In this document: positions 28,502-37,751 of the stretch, piece after piece
Position numbering within the stretch: position 1 is the stretch's first letter
Layout: each line of letters begins with the position of its first letter
Source of the DNA: a phage
Direction: 5' to 3' (one strand)
Sequence record: PX393109.1
DNA length: 64,000 nt
The notes under the pieces: model-generated
The model's database searches: none
Told to the model about the DNA's origin: nothing
Seen by the model: only the letters and a program-made list of their open reading frames with translations
Made by a program: the position numbers and the translations under genes

Positions 28502-30016
28502 ATGATCGTATCAAAGTCCTTGAATGAATTACACCGTCTTATTGATATGAAAGAAGCAACCTACACCACTCCGGTGCGTTTTTACTTCTCTGATGGTCCT
28601 AAAGAAACTACTATCGGTCGACTGTTTATTTGGGAAATCAGCGGCTATCTTCCAGAGAAAGAAATAGATAAGAAGGAATCTGCGAAGATCGTCTCTTACA
28701 TCAATAATAACTATACTCCGGAAGTGGCTGGTCGCCGACTGCATAAGTTGCAGCAGTTCGGATTTCATAAGGCTACTCAGTCTGGTCTGAGTTTATGTTA
28801 CGACGACACTAAGTTTGACTTCGGTATAGACTTTCCAGCCATGACTCAGGAACTCGGTAAGATGGGGTACGAGGATCGTCTGGCTGCTGCGGATAAAGTC
28901 ATCAACGAATGTACCGATCGCTGGTTTAAGGAAGTAGACCGTCATAATCCGCTGTATGCGATGGGTGTATCTGGTGCTCGTGTATCTCCTCCCCAGGTTC
29001 GTTCGATGGTGGTGGCTAAAGGCCTTCTGGTGGGCATGACTGGCAAGATCATGCCGATGCCGATCATGGAGAACTTAAGCTCTGGATTATCTCCCATCAA
29101 CTACTTCAATACCTGCGGACCTGCTCGTAAGGGTCTGGCTGGTAACTTCTTCCTGGTACCTGCGACTGGTTGGTTTGCTCGCCAGCTGGTTAACTGTTCC
29201 AGAGAGTTGTCTATTGTAGAAGAAGACTGCGGAACTAAGGAAGTAATCACCTTACCTAAGAAATCAGCACTGTATCGATTCACTAGCGACCGAATAATGG
29301 TTACTAAAGAGAATGTGGATCAGCTGGCGGATGAAGAAGGTAATGTGAAAGTCCTTAGCCCTATCACCTGTGAATCAACTAAGGGTGGGGTATGTCAGCA
29401 TTGCTGTGGTATGGATCCCGCTAAGCCTGCTAACTTCTTCCCTATTAACTTCGGTATTGGAACGGCGTCGGCGCAACATATCTCCGAACCATCTACTCAG
29501 GCTGGTCTCCGTGGTAAGCATACATCTGGTTCGACTACGCTTAAGGAATTCGGTACTTCGGTAAGTAACTCCTTAGCCGATATCCTGAAGACGGTAGGTG
29601 GCCGAGGAACTGCGGTGGCTCAGGTATCTGAGTCTAAGTATAAGTGCATCACGGATCTTGCCCACGAAACTGGATCAGCAATTAAAGGTGCAGAGTTAGC
29701 TGCGATTCAGCTTAAGCACATCTTCGACGACATCGGTATCGGTATCGCATCGATTCACCATGAGATCATTGCTCGCGGTTGTACTGATCTGGTTAAGATG
29801 AATAATGGACGAATCGGTGTTCGCAGCATGGGAGATAAGGGTGAGGTACTGGCGATTAAAGCCGATGCCATCCCTACGAAGCATCCCAGCTGGTTGAAGT
29901 CTATTGGCCATGGTAACGTTAAACGTAGACTTACTGATGCAGTGCTTAATGGTGATGTTAGCTTCGGAACCCGTTCCGAGATGATCATTGCTGGGTTAAA
30001 TCTGAATAACAAATAA
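28502..30016 (+). CDS. RNA polymerase beta-prime-like subunit, C-terminal half (bridge helix/trigger loop region)
   Basis: NTCGPARKGLAGNFFLVPATGWFARQLV resembles beta-prime region F (STHGARKGLADTALKTA..GYLTRRLV); ASAQHISEPSTQAGLRGKH resembles trigger-loop AAQSIGEPGTQLTMRTFH. Confidence 0.75.
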   Translation: MIVSKSLNELHRLIDMKEATYTTPVRFYFSDGPKETTIGRLFIWEISGYLPEKEIDKKESAKIVSYINNNYTPEVAGRRLHKLQQFGFHKATQSGLSLCYDDTKFDFGIDFPAMTQELGKMGYEDRLAAADKVINECTDRWFKEVDRHNPLYAMGVSGARVSPPQVRSMVVAKGLLVGMTGKIMPMPIMENLSSGLSPINYFNTCGPARKGLAGNFFLVPATGWFARQLVNCSRELSIVEEDCGTKEVITLPKKSALYRFTSDRIMVTKENVDQLADEEGNVKVLSPITCESTKGGVCQHCCGMDPAKPANFFPINFGIGTASAQHISEPSTQAGLRGKHTSGSTTLKEFGTSVSNSLADILKTVGGRGTAVAQVSESKYKCITDLAHETGSAIKGAELAAIQLKHIFDDIGIGIASIHHEIIARGCTDLVKMNNGRIGVRSMGDKGEVLAIKADAIPTKHPSWLKSIGHGNVKRRLTDAVLNGDVSFGTRSEMIIAGLNLNNK

Positions 30017-30024
30017 CTTGGGAG

Positions 30025-30717
30025 ATGGATGTGGGCAAGATCTATAATCCCCTGCTGATCCATACAGTAGGGGACAGTATATGCTACGAGGGACGTAAGT
30101 TCATAGGTACAGATGCCCTACAACCAGTCTGGTATAATGGGATAGAGTCGCATATAGACGACATAGACGACTTTTGGACTACCGATTGGTATCCTATCAG
30201 AAACTTCACTATCGCAGGAAGTAAGGCGGTACTCCGGAGAAATCTGGCATGTGAAGGGTTCGGTGGTATGCAACTGTACTATCTGTTGGCTACTCACAAA
30301 ACCTATATTAATGAAAAATATCGACATAATCTTATTGACGATATTAGTAATCGGCGGTATTACGGAATGGGCAATGGTATTCTACGGATTGTGGAAGAAC
30401 TATTGAAGTCGTTCCCTACTATCATAACAGATGATCGTTTCATAATTAAGGAACTAGGGGATATGGTGGTCCCTATAGAAGACGTGATTACTTGCGGACG
30501 TAGAGATCGTAAGCTGTACTCTAAGGAAACCGTAAGAGACTACATCAATAAGCAGCGCATCCAGGATCTGTCTTCCCAAGGTCGGGTAATGACTCTGCTA
30601 TTGTCTAATGTGGAATTATCCAGCGCAATTATCTATGAGACTCAGGATAAGCGTAACTGTGCATGTACGATGATTAACTATCGTCGCTCTCGCAAGATGC
30701 CTCCTAACCAAAAATAA
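30025..30717 (+). CDS. hypothetical protein (230 aa), AT-rich with atypical codon usage, inserted between RNAP subunit genes
   Basis: ORF with GGGAG RBS; rich in ATA/AGA/AAA codons relative to flanking genes. Confidence 0.45.
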   Translation: MDVGKIYNPLLIHTVGDSICYEGRKFIGTDALQPVWYNGIESHIDDIDDFWTTDWYPIRNFTIAGSKAVLRRNLACEGFGGMQLYYLLATHKTYINEKYRHNLIDDISNRRYYGMGNGILRIVEELLKSFPTIITDDRFIIKELGDMVVPIEDVITCGRRDRKLYSKETVRDYINKQRIQDLSSQGRVMTLLLSNVELSSAIIYETQDKRNCACTMINYRRSRKMPPNQK

Positions 30718-30720
30718 TTG

Positions 30721-30798
30721 AAATTTATTTTTCAAATAACCGATTTTTGGGAACTCATAAAGCCCGTTCTTTTGGGTGGGGCGCGGTCGCGCTTCACT
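30721..30798 (+). promoter_or_regulatory. class B conserved intergenic element, copy 4
   Basis: AAATTTATTTTTCAAATAACCGATTTTT...AAAGCCCGTTCTTTTGGGTGGGGCGCGGTCGCGC. Confidence 0.55.
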
Positions 30799-30824
30799 GG
30801 ATAATCTAATTTGGAGCTAATACT

Positions 30825-31580
30825 ATGTCGCGTTTATGGTGGCTGGTATTACTTCGCGCTTTGATAGCAGGTAACCGAGCGACTGAGAGGTCGCTCTTTG
30901 AATTCTCTAATTGGGATAGACCAATGACCGCTAACTATAAGTTCCATGAAACATTCAACATTGCTAACACTGGGGACGAGTACATCGACTTATCCTTCTA
31001 TGATAGCGCACTAGATTCAGGAGATTTACGTTCGCTAGACCGTAACATTGCTCGTGTTAACAATAATCCATATGTTGCCGATTCTATCGTATCGCATGAG
31101 TATCTTCGGGTAGTTAACCCAACTGGTTATATGGCTAAAACTGGTGATACTCGTCACGAAGATAAAGAAACGATGGATCGTCGTCACATAATGTCCTTTA
31201 ACGAGTCTACTCTCGTAACGGACGATGATGGCGAAAGTCGTGTGGAATTAATCGATCCTGCTTCCATTAGCCCAGACCAGAAATCACCCATAGCGCGTTC
31301 TCGTGATCTGAAGCTCCTGGTGAACGGTGTAATCGATTACATCATGCAGAAATATCCTGCTAAACGTGAAGCTAGTTTGAAGATGTTTGCGTTTATGATG
31401 GTAGTGAGTGGTGCTGACCAGAGTGTCACACATCCTACTCTTCGTCGCTACATCAATCATCTTCGCCAACAACAACCTGTGCAGTTCAAATACATGCATC
31501 AGTATTGTGGTACTCAGCATGCGGCTAAAGTAGCTCGTGAAATCGTTCGTGAAGCCTATACTGTCGTCGCTAAGCCTTGA
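30825..31580 (+). CDS. hypothetical protein (251 aa)
   Basis: ATG preceded by TAATTTGGAG leader and class B element. Confidence 0.5.
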   Translation: MSRLWWLVLLRALIAGNRATERSLFEFSNWDRPMTANYKFHETFNIANTGDEYIDLSFYDSALDSGDLRSLDRNIARVNNNPYVADSIVSHEYLRVVNPTGYMAKTGDTRHEDKETMDRRHIMSFNESTLVTDDDGESRVELIDPASISPDQKSPIARSRDLKLLVNGVIDYIMQKYPAKREASLKMFAFMMVVSGADQSVTHPTLRRYINHLRQQQPVQFKYMHQYCGTQHAAKVAREIVREAYTVVAKP

Positions 31581-31595
31581 TTAGGAGAAATTAAA

Positions 31596-33164
31596 ATGAA
31601 ATTAAAGTTATCTATTGCAACTGATGATGTAATCCGTGCCGAGTCCAGTGGTGAAGTAACCAGTATGGGCATGTATAACCTTAAGTTCCATGATCCTAAG
31701 CCATTCACTGGTGGGTTATTCTGCCAGCGTATCTTCGGACCTCTGGTAACTGGTAAGTGTGAGTGTGGTAACCAGCTGGTTATGGGAGCGCCTCCGTGTA
31801 ATGTGTGCGGTATGGTAGCTATGCATCGTGAATCTCGTCGCCGCCGTATGGGTCACATCGAGACGATCGTTCCTTATGTGAATCCATTAGCTATCAAACG
31901 TATGGCTGCGCTATTCGGATTCCCAGAGCGAGAATTCGGTCAGTTCCTTATCGGTAAATATCGCTTCGTAGTTCAGGAAGCTGGTCTGGCAGCTAAGATG
32001 GTTGGTGATGATCGGGAGCGGGTTCGTGAGGCTAATGCTGCTCTTCCGGAATATGAAGATCGTGAGAAGTATGCGATGTTCTACTCTAACACTATCCCAG
32101 TTCAGGATAGCACGAAGCGCCTCGCAGTGGTAATGATTAAGATCCGCCGTATGTCAGAGCACGAGTCATCAGAGTTAGGTCTTCTGAGTCTTATCCAGGC
32201 ATTGGTAGCTAATCATGCTGATATGAAAGCCTATATCGAAGAGTGCGAAGATCCTACAGTAATCAATAGTGGTTATACAGAGTTCAGCGACTTCTATAAC
32301 ACTACGGTGCTGGTGAATCCTCCTAGCTATCGTGATGTTGGCATCAGCAATGGGGTAATGTCGTATCATCCGACTAACTTACTCTACCTGCGAATCCTGC
32401 GCCATGCTATCCGTATCAGAAGTATTCGCGATACTGCCGAGGCCAGCGAAGCGTTGTTATCTCTGATTCCTCGTGAATCTATTGTAATGCAGAAGATGGT
32501 TAACGGACTAATCCTGGAGGGCACTAAGGACTATCGAGGTAACTTAATTAAGCCGATGATCAATAATCTTAAAGGTAAGGGTGGTCGAATCCGTGGTAAC
32601 CTGTTAGGTAAGCGCGTTGATTACTCCGGTCGTTCTGTAGTTACTTCGGCTCCGCATCTTCCGCTGGATACTCTTGGTGTACCGTTCAAGATGATGTACG
32701 AATTACTTCAGCCAGACATCCTGGGTGAGCTGGAGAACTTATATGGTGGCCCGACTAACGAAGGGTACAACATGTACGACATCAGCAATAAAGTCCAGCG
32801 TATGTACAAGAATAAGTCCCGAGTAGCTCTGGAAGTATGCTGGAGACTGTGTGAGAATGCCACGGTGTTCATGAACCGTGCACCATCCCTACACCGTTAC
32901 TCAGTATGGGGATTTAAGGTCAGACCTCACATGGGTAAGGAGATTCAGGTTCCTCCGATGGCTATGGGTGGTCAGAACATGGACGTGGATGGTGATACCG
33001 CAGCAATTCACCGTGTACTGACTGATCGTGCTTGCTGGGAAGTACGTAGCCTGATGATGGTTAACCAGAACATCAACAGCTCTATTGACTTCGATAGTCC
33101 GGTCGTGAAGCCGTCCCACGAAATGGTGGTAGGTCTGTTCCAGGCAACTACGGTGGATATGTAA
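31596..33164 (+). CDS. RNA polymerase beta-prime-like subunit, N-terminal half (zinc ribbon to catalytic loop)
   Basis: GGLFCQRIFGP...CECG...CNVCG...RRRRMGHIE resembles the beta-prime N-terminal zinc-binding region; NMDVDGDTAAIH matches catalytic NADFDGDQMAVH near C-terminus. Confidence 0.75.
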   Translation: MKLKLSIATDDVIRAESSGEVTSMGMYNLKFHDPKPFTGGLFCQRIFGPLVTGKCECGNQLVMGAPPCNVCGMVAMHRESRRRRMGHIETIVPYVNPLAIKRMAALFGFPEREFGQFLIGKYRFVVQEAGLAAKMVGDDRERVREANAALPEYEDREKYAMFYSNTIPVQDSTKRLAVVMIKIRRMSEHESSELGLLSLIQALVANHADMKAYIEECEDPTVINSGYTEFSDFYNTTVLVNPPSYRDVGISNGVMSYHPTNLLYLRILRHAIRIRSIRDTAEASEALLSLIPRESIVMQKMVNGLILEGTKDYRGNLIKPMINNLKGKGGRIRGNLLGKRVDYSGRSVVTSAPHLPLDTLGVPFKMMYELLQPDILGELENLYGGPTNEGYNMYDISNKVQRMYKNKSRVALEVCWRLCENATVFMNRAPSLHRYSVWGFKVRPHMGKEIQVPPMAMGGQNMDVDGDTAAIHRVLTDRACWEVRSLMMVNQNINSSIDFDSPVVKPSHEMVVGLFQATTVDM

Positions 33165-33694
33165 TGAAGAAACATGCTATCGGTGAGAAAGATGTTGGTA
33201 GAGTTATCCACTTCGAGGGTACTCCCGAACGCGGTCTGGACCCTGCGGGCTATATAACAATCTTCTCAGATGCATCGTACTGTCATAAGAGTAAGGCTGC
33301 TGGTTTCGGAGGATGGATTCGTCTTCCTGGTGAGCAGCGAGCTCATATAACTCGCGGAGGATTTACTGCTGTAGATAATAACTGGGCAGAGCTAGAAGGG
33401 ATCATGAAGACCCTATGGTTTGCCATGACTAAGACAGCATTCGATGGTGTTAGGGTAGTCGTCCAATGCGATTGCGAATGGGCATTAAAGGAATTCATAG
33501 ATAAGCATATGGAAATGCTTCGCGATCTTAACCCTAAGTCCATTAAGGTTAAGCATGTCAAAGGTCATCAGAAGTTCAATAATCCTCGCTACAAAGTAAA
33601 TAATCTCTGTGATGAGATAGCTAAGCAGGAAATGGTTAAGTATAGAAATAAACTTAAAGGATACACAGATGCTGGGATTTTTAGTGGTGCATAA
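33164..33694 (+). CDS. rnhA: ribonuclease H (type 1)
   Basis: ITIFSDASY..AGFGGWI, NNWAELEG, VVVQCDCEWA, VKGHQKFNNPRYKVNNLCDEIAKQ align with RNase HI catalytic D-E-D-D/H motifs. Confidence 0.7.
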   Translation: MKKHAIGEKDVGRVIHFEGTPERGLDPAGYITIFSDASYCHKSKAAGFGGWIRLPGEQRAHITRGGFTAVDNNWAELEGIMKTLWFAMTKTAFDGVRVVVQCDCEWALKEFIDKHMEMLRDLNPKSIKVKHVKGHQKFNNPRYKVNNLCDEIAKQEMVKYRNKLKGYTDAGIFSGA

Positions 33695-33968
33695 GGAGCA
33701 CGGTGCTCTCTGTGGAGTAAACGAGTTTTACACCTCATGGACCGGTCTCGGCTGTAATCCAGATACCACCGCAGCATTCTTCGAGACTTATGAAGAGGCT
33801 GGATTAATATCTGAACTGTTGCAAGATCCAAACGTATCAGTATTCGGACCAATCTATCAAGACTCTGAAGTAACTGATAAGATTCCTGTAAGTATTGTGG
33901 AATCGTTGGGTATCAAATGCTCCTACTATAGGCAGGAGCCCGAAAATAAACTACCATGGCCATGGTGA
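33669..33968 (+). CDS. hypothetical protein (99 aa)
   Basis: ORF overlapping RNase H 3' end; weak evidence. Confidence 0.3.
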   Translation: MLGFLVVHKEHGALCGVNEFYTSWTGLGCNPDTTAAFFETYEEAGLISELLQDPNVSVFGPIYQDSEVTDKIPVSIVESLGIKCSYYRQEPENKLPWPW

Positions 33969-33973
33969 TAAAA

Positions 33974-34480
33974 ATGAATAAAGCTGAAGTAGTGTTAGGA
34001 CTTGTACAGTCCGTGGACGAGGGTTACTCCTCGGTAAAATTCTGTCCAGACTCTGATGCCTGGATAGATAATCTTAAGCAGGTTATCTCTGAAGTAGCTG
34101 ATTATGATAAGCTTAACTTCGATACCGGTCACGATAACCACTGCACCCTTATGTATGCTCCGGGGACTGGTGCTCCGGATGAGGGAACTATTGCTGATCT
34201 GGTAGGTAGCAAACTTCATCTGAAGAATCCTCGCTATGAGATCTTCGGTGAGAATGCTAACTACCTGGTGCTGGCGTTCGATAGCGATCTGCTACAATCG
34301 TTTAACTATCGACTCCGTGCATCTGGGGAGGTACCGTCTGAGATCAGTGCGGAATACTCTCCTCACATAACTCTGGCCAAGGACGTAGAGAATCTGGATA
34401 TCTCTACTCTACCAGAATTACCGACCGATCTGTATTTAAACATCACTAGCGTAACTGCTGAGGAAATCAAGAATGACTAA
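33974..34480 (+). CDS. hypothetical protein (168 aa)
   Basis: ATG after GGTGATAAAA; ORF to 34480. Confidence 0.45.
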   Translation: MNKAEVVLGLVQSVDEGYSSVKFCPDSDAWIDNLKQVISEVADYDKLNFDTGHDNHCTLMYAPGTGAPDEGTIADLVGSKLHLKNPRYEIFGENANYLVLAFDSDLLQSFNYRLRASGEVPSEISAEYSPHITLAKDVENLDISTLPELPTDLYLNITSVTAEEIKND

Positions 34481-34817
34481 GAAGACTACTGGTAACAAAA
34501 TTAACCTGGACATGTTTCATCTGATGTATGCTAAGCAACTGGGTATGGAACCTGCTGCTTACGCTGCTAAGGTTAATTCAGACCAGGAGTTCCGTCACCA
34601 GGTAGAGACTGCGTTCTCTGGGTATGCAGTAGCTGTAAATGCTCTTCGCCTCCAGATCATCGGTGGCTCTAAGCTGTCTATTGAAGAGATAGCTCCTGGT
34701 GTGGCTAAGATCCGTCTGGGAGTGGGTGAGTGGGAGTTAGACAATACTCCTAAGAATACAGAAGTAGCTCTGGATGATTTCCTGATCTCCAGTAACTTTC
34801 TGACTGCCGCCGTTTAA
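34473..34817 (+). CDS. hypothetical protein (114 aa)
   Basis: Overlapping start (ATGACTAA); ORF to 34817. Confidence 0.45.
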   Translation: MTKKTTGNKINLDMFHLMYAKQLGMEPAAYAAKVNSDQEFRHQVETAFSGYAVAVNALRLQIIGGSKLSIEEIAPGVAKIRLGVGEWELDNTPKNTEVALDDFLISSNFLTAAV

Positions 34818-34842
34818 TACGGTCCAAAGGCTGTTAACTTGG
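34808..34842 (+). promoter_or_regulatory. class A conserved promoter-like motif, copy 10 (core forms 5' arm of terminator hairpin)
   Basis: CCGCCGTTTAATACGGTCCAAAGGCTGTTAACTTG. Confidence 0.55.
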
Positions 34843-34876
34843 GGAACGCCCTCGGTTAACAGCCTATTTTTATTTA
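34830..34876 (+). terminator. hairpin terminator whose 5' arm is the class A core (GGCTGTTAAC...GTTAACAGCC + T-run)
   Basis: 10-bp perfect inverted repeat followed by tatttttattt. Confidence 0.6.
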
Positions 34877-34892
34877 CTCGTTAAGGTACGAT

Positions 34893-35198
34893 ATGAAGTC
34901 CACTAAACCAGTCGAATTCTTTGACTTACTGACCACCATGGCCATAGCTGGTTACACATCCGATGATCCCAACATGGTGGTTAAGAATATTGCTCGTCGG
35001 AATAAGAAGTTCTTCCCATCTGCTGATCGTAAGATGCTGGATGTGGTAATTAACCATAAACACCCAGCAGCAACTGTAATTAAGGCGGTATCTAATCTGC
35101 TAGGCACTGAAGTGGACGCTAAGTACATAGCTACTGTAATCCACACTACCGGAAGATTTTATCATAAGGTGGTAGCTAATGATTCTGTATCATCGTAG
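34893..35198 (+). CDS. hypothetical protein (101 aa)
   Basis: ATG after AAGGTACGAT; ORF. Confidence 0.45.
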   Translation: MKSTKPVEFFDLLTTMAIAGYTSDDPNMVVKNIARRNKKFFPSADRKMLDVVINHKHPAATVIKAVSNLLGTEVDAKYIATVIHTTGRFYHKVVANDSVSS

Positions 35199-35529
35199 TA
35201 AGCATAAATGGGATTGGCCTAGTTATGAGCTCATCCAGACCTTATCGCAGGGATGGGGTCCGGAGTTAGGCCTATATACCTGTAATGTAGATAATCTCTA
35301 CAATAGCCATGGGACCTATCTTTACGAGATAACTCTGAAGAAGTTCATTCGTCCCAGAGTGATTACAGTTACCGAGCTTAAGCATGTGCGAGATCTTGCC
35401 GCTATGAGAGAAGTCTTTATGGAGCAAGGATGGCAGGTGCTTAAGGTAGTGGAAGATAATGGGGAGTCTGTAATCTTCGTTATCATGGATATGGACTGTA
35501 TTGATACCATCGTTCGACACGAAAAATAA
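35179..35529 (+). CDS. hypothetical protein (116 aa)
   Basis: Overlapping start; ORF to 35529. Confidence 0.4.
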   Translation: MILYHRSKHKWDWPSYELIQTLSQGWGPELGLYTCNVDNLYNSHGTYLYEITLKKFIRPRVITVTELKHVRDLAAMREVFMEQGWQVLKVVEDNGESVIFVIMDMDCIDTIVRHEK

Positions 35530-35530
35530 A

Positions 35531-35610
35531 ACGTTTTATTTTTCAAATAAACGATTTTTGAACCGTCCTAAAGCCCGTTCTTGTGGGCGGGGGCGTCAAG
35601 GCGCTTCCCG
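35531..35610 (+). promoter_or_regulatory. class B conserved intergenic element, copy 5
   Basis: TTTTATTTTTCAAATAAACGATTTTT...AAAGCCCGTTCTTGTGGGCGGGGGCG. Confidence 0.55.
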
Positions 35611-35642
35611 GTTCATCAAATCGTCTAATTTGGGATAAAACT

Positions 35643-35927
35643 ATGAAAATCGCTCAACTGCTCGCTGCTCTGGCAAATGACACTCTGGTAACTGACTACA
35701 TGGGTGTTTCAGTAAACTACAATTCCAACTGGGTAAGTGCGGTTGGTGAAAAGATCATCGGTTTCAAAGCTTACACTGGTCCAGAAGTGTTTCCTGAAGA
35801 AAGTCACTTCGCTTCCGACGGTTCTGATACAGTCGAGATGCTGGACCCAGGTACCGGTGCAGTGGTGGCTAAGTGTGAGGATGGTCTGTTCGAAGCGATC
35901 TTCGAAGAAGTAGACGTCCAGTTCTGA
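35643..35927 (+). CDS. hypothetical protein (94 aa)
   Basis: ATG after TAATTTGGGATAAAACT leader identical in style to gene 4581. Confidence 0.5.
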   Translation: MKIAQLLAALANDTLVTDYMGVSVNYNSNWVSAVGEKIIGFKAYTGPEVFPEESHFASDGSDTVEMLDPGTGAVVAKCEDGLFEAIFEEVDVQF

Positions 35928-35936
35928 TTCCAATCT

Positions 35937-35960
35937 GGAGGACTTCGGTCCTCCTAATTC
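35937..35960 (+). terminator. hairpin (GGAGGAC-TTCG-GTCCTCC), terminator-like
   Basis: Perfect stem with UUCG loop; weak T-run. Confidence 0.45.
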
Positions 35961-35986
35961 TTCCCCTTTATAATTTGGAGCTAATT

Positions 35987-36361
35987 ATGACTAACCAAGA
36001 ATTCATTCAAAAGTTCGACGCTAAAACTGCTTTCGAGAACATGCTGGCAGAAGTAGAATCAATGATCAATATGTCCGATTTGGTGGCTACTCCAGAAGTC
36101 CGCGAAGTACGTGGTCAGGTTTACGTGAGTGGTTCTACCGAGGACGTTATGTGCCAGATGAACATCCCGATGTTCAAATCCATGTGGATCCATATCTCCG
36201 GAGGCCCTCTGGATGACAAGACTGGTGCATGGTTCGAAGTTGGTTACCGCTACGAGCACCACGATGGTGGTTCGAATGGCCACCGTATTGCCCAGTTCGT
36301 GGTTGATATGAGTGGCGAAATCACGGTTCGTCGTCCGACTTTCACTAAAGAAGCAAAATAA
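35987..36361 (+). CDS. hypothetical protein (124 aa)
   Basis: ATG after TAATTTGGAGCTAATT (track start is TTG). Confidence 0.5.
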   Translation: MTNQEFIQKFDAKTAFENMLAEVESMINMSDLVATPEVREVRGQVYVSGSTEDVMCQMNIPMFKSMWIHISGGPLDDKTGAWFEVGYRYEHHDGGSNGHRIAQFVVDMSGEITVRRPTFTKEAK

Positions 36362-36371
36362 GGGGATCCTC

Positions 36372-36590
36372 ATGAACAAGCTCCGCTACCGTCTTGCTGT
36401 CCAGGTCAATGGTGTCCACTCCTTCACCATCCAGGGTAATGCTCCGAGTGCTCGTAAGCTGATAGAGCAATTCCAGACGTGGTACAAATTTATGGAGCCG
36501 GAGCTTGCTTATCAGGAGATAGAGTATCTACCGATGCGTGCTGACACACGCGACGTTAAAACCGAACTTTCCGTAACTCGTATTGCATAA
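36372..36590 (+). CDS. hypothetical protein (72 aa)
   Basis: ATG after AAGGGGATCCTC. Confidence 0.4.
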   Translation: MNKLRYRLAVQVNGVHSFTIQGNAPSARKLIEQFQTWYKFMEPELAYQEIEYLPMRADTRDVKTELSVTRIA

Positions 36591-36602
36591 CTTGGTGATA
36601 AA

Positions 36603-37016
36603 ATGAAGAAATTAATTGCTGCTTCTTTGATTCTGGCATCAGTCACAGCCCATGCTGGTAAAGATCCTCGTGTAGCTTCTGCTATGGAAGCTGATGTCAT
36701 TACTGCACTGTTGGCTAAGTCGTATGTTGAAGAGTGCCCAGAGTACAGTCTTGCTGAAGTGTTGTACTCTGCTAAAGAAGCGATGGTCCTGCCTGTTATG
36801 GATCATGGGCATAAGTCAGCAATCGTCCAGTTTAATGGCATAGGGTCTGATGGTAAGCCAGCAGTGATCCGCTCCCTGATTCATCTGGATCCGGTAGAAG
36901 TAGTTACAACTTTATCCGTAGAGAAAACTGGTGCGACTAAGGAAGATCTCAGTGACGCTAATGATCTGATCCTTCCATCCCTATGCACCGTAGCTGCGAA
37001 CGAATCTTTCCGTTAA
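36603..37016 (+). CDS. putative secreted/periplasmic protein (signal peptide)
   Basis: N-terminal MKKLIAASLILASVTAHA signal-peptide-like sequence. Confidence 0.5.
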   Translation: MKKLIAASLILASVTAHAGKDPRVASAMEADVITALLAKSYVEECPEYSLAEVLYSAKEAMVLPVMDHGHKSAIVQFNGIGSDGKPAVIRSLIHLDPVEVVTTLSVEKTGATKEDLSDANDLILPSLCTVAANESFR

Positions 37017-37047
37017 TATAGTATAATCTAATCTGTTAGGAGTTATT

Positions 37048-37359
37048 ATGAAAAACATCGATATCGCTAAACTGTTCCTTATATCTCGTCTGTATCGTCT
37101 GTCTAATTCTTCCTCGATGATTCTGTGGTATATCTCCGGAACCGCTTCGGGAGCCACGATCAACGAGTTAACTGTCTTTGCTGATAGCAAAGCATCACTG
37201 GGTCAAATCCCTCGTACGTCCATCTATTATGTATGTAATAAGTTGGAGAAGGATGGCTGGTTGATCAAAACGACCACTGCCTCGGAAGAGGGTGGTCGTC
37301 CGTGCAATTTATACTCTCTGAGCCATCGTGCTCGTTTCTTCCTCGACCTGAATAAGTAA
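37048..37359 (+). CDS. hypothetical protein, possible winged-helix DNA-binding protein
   Basis: Small protein; wHTH assignment is a weak guess from pattern (LYSLSHRARFF). Confidence 0.4.
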   Translation: MKNIDIAKLFLISRLYRLSNSSSMILWYISGTASGATINELTVFADSKASLGQIPRTSIYYVCNKLEKDGWLIKTTTASEEGGRPCNLYSLSHRARFFLDLNK

Positions 37360-37368
37360 GGTGCCGCT

Positions 37369-37749
37369 ATGTCTGTATACTTCAGAGCCGTAGTTGGTGG
37401 TCACGTAGTCGATGAAGATAACGTCAAGATCGTAACGACGAGTCTTGTTGGGTTACGGGACACTATTAACAAGGATGACCTCCTCCCGATTCACTACAAC
37501 ACTATTGTAGACCAATTAATTCAGGTGGAAACCGAAGATGGTCTATGCGGAAGCTTAGCGGAGCGAGTTGCTCAACCTATAGATCTGCTGGGTCTGTCCT
37601 TAAGGACCTCAGCTCTTCTTGATGAGCAACATGAGAATATGACTGTGGATCAAATTAAGTTCCTGGTCAAATTATCGAAGATGCTTACTGCCTTAGCTGC
37701 AATCAGTCATACCTATACACTGATAACAACAAATCTAATGTGGAGCTAA
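37369..37749 (+). CDS. hypothetical protein (126 aa)
   Basis: ORF with RBS. Confidence 0.4.
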   Translation: MSVYFRAVVGGHVVDEDNVKIVTTSLVGLRDTINKDDLLPIHYNTIVDQLIQVETEDGLCGSLAERVAQPIDLLGLSLRTSALLDEQHENMTVDQIKFLVKLSKMLTALAAISHTYTLITTNLMWS

Positions 37750-37751
37750 CC

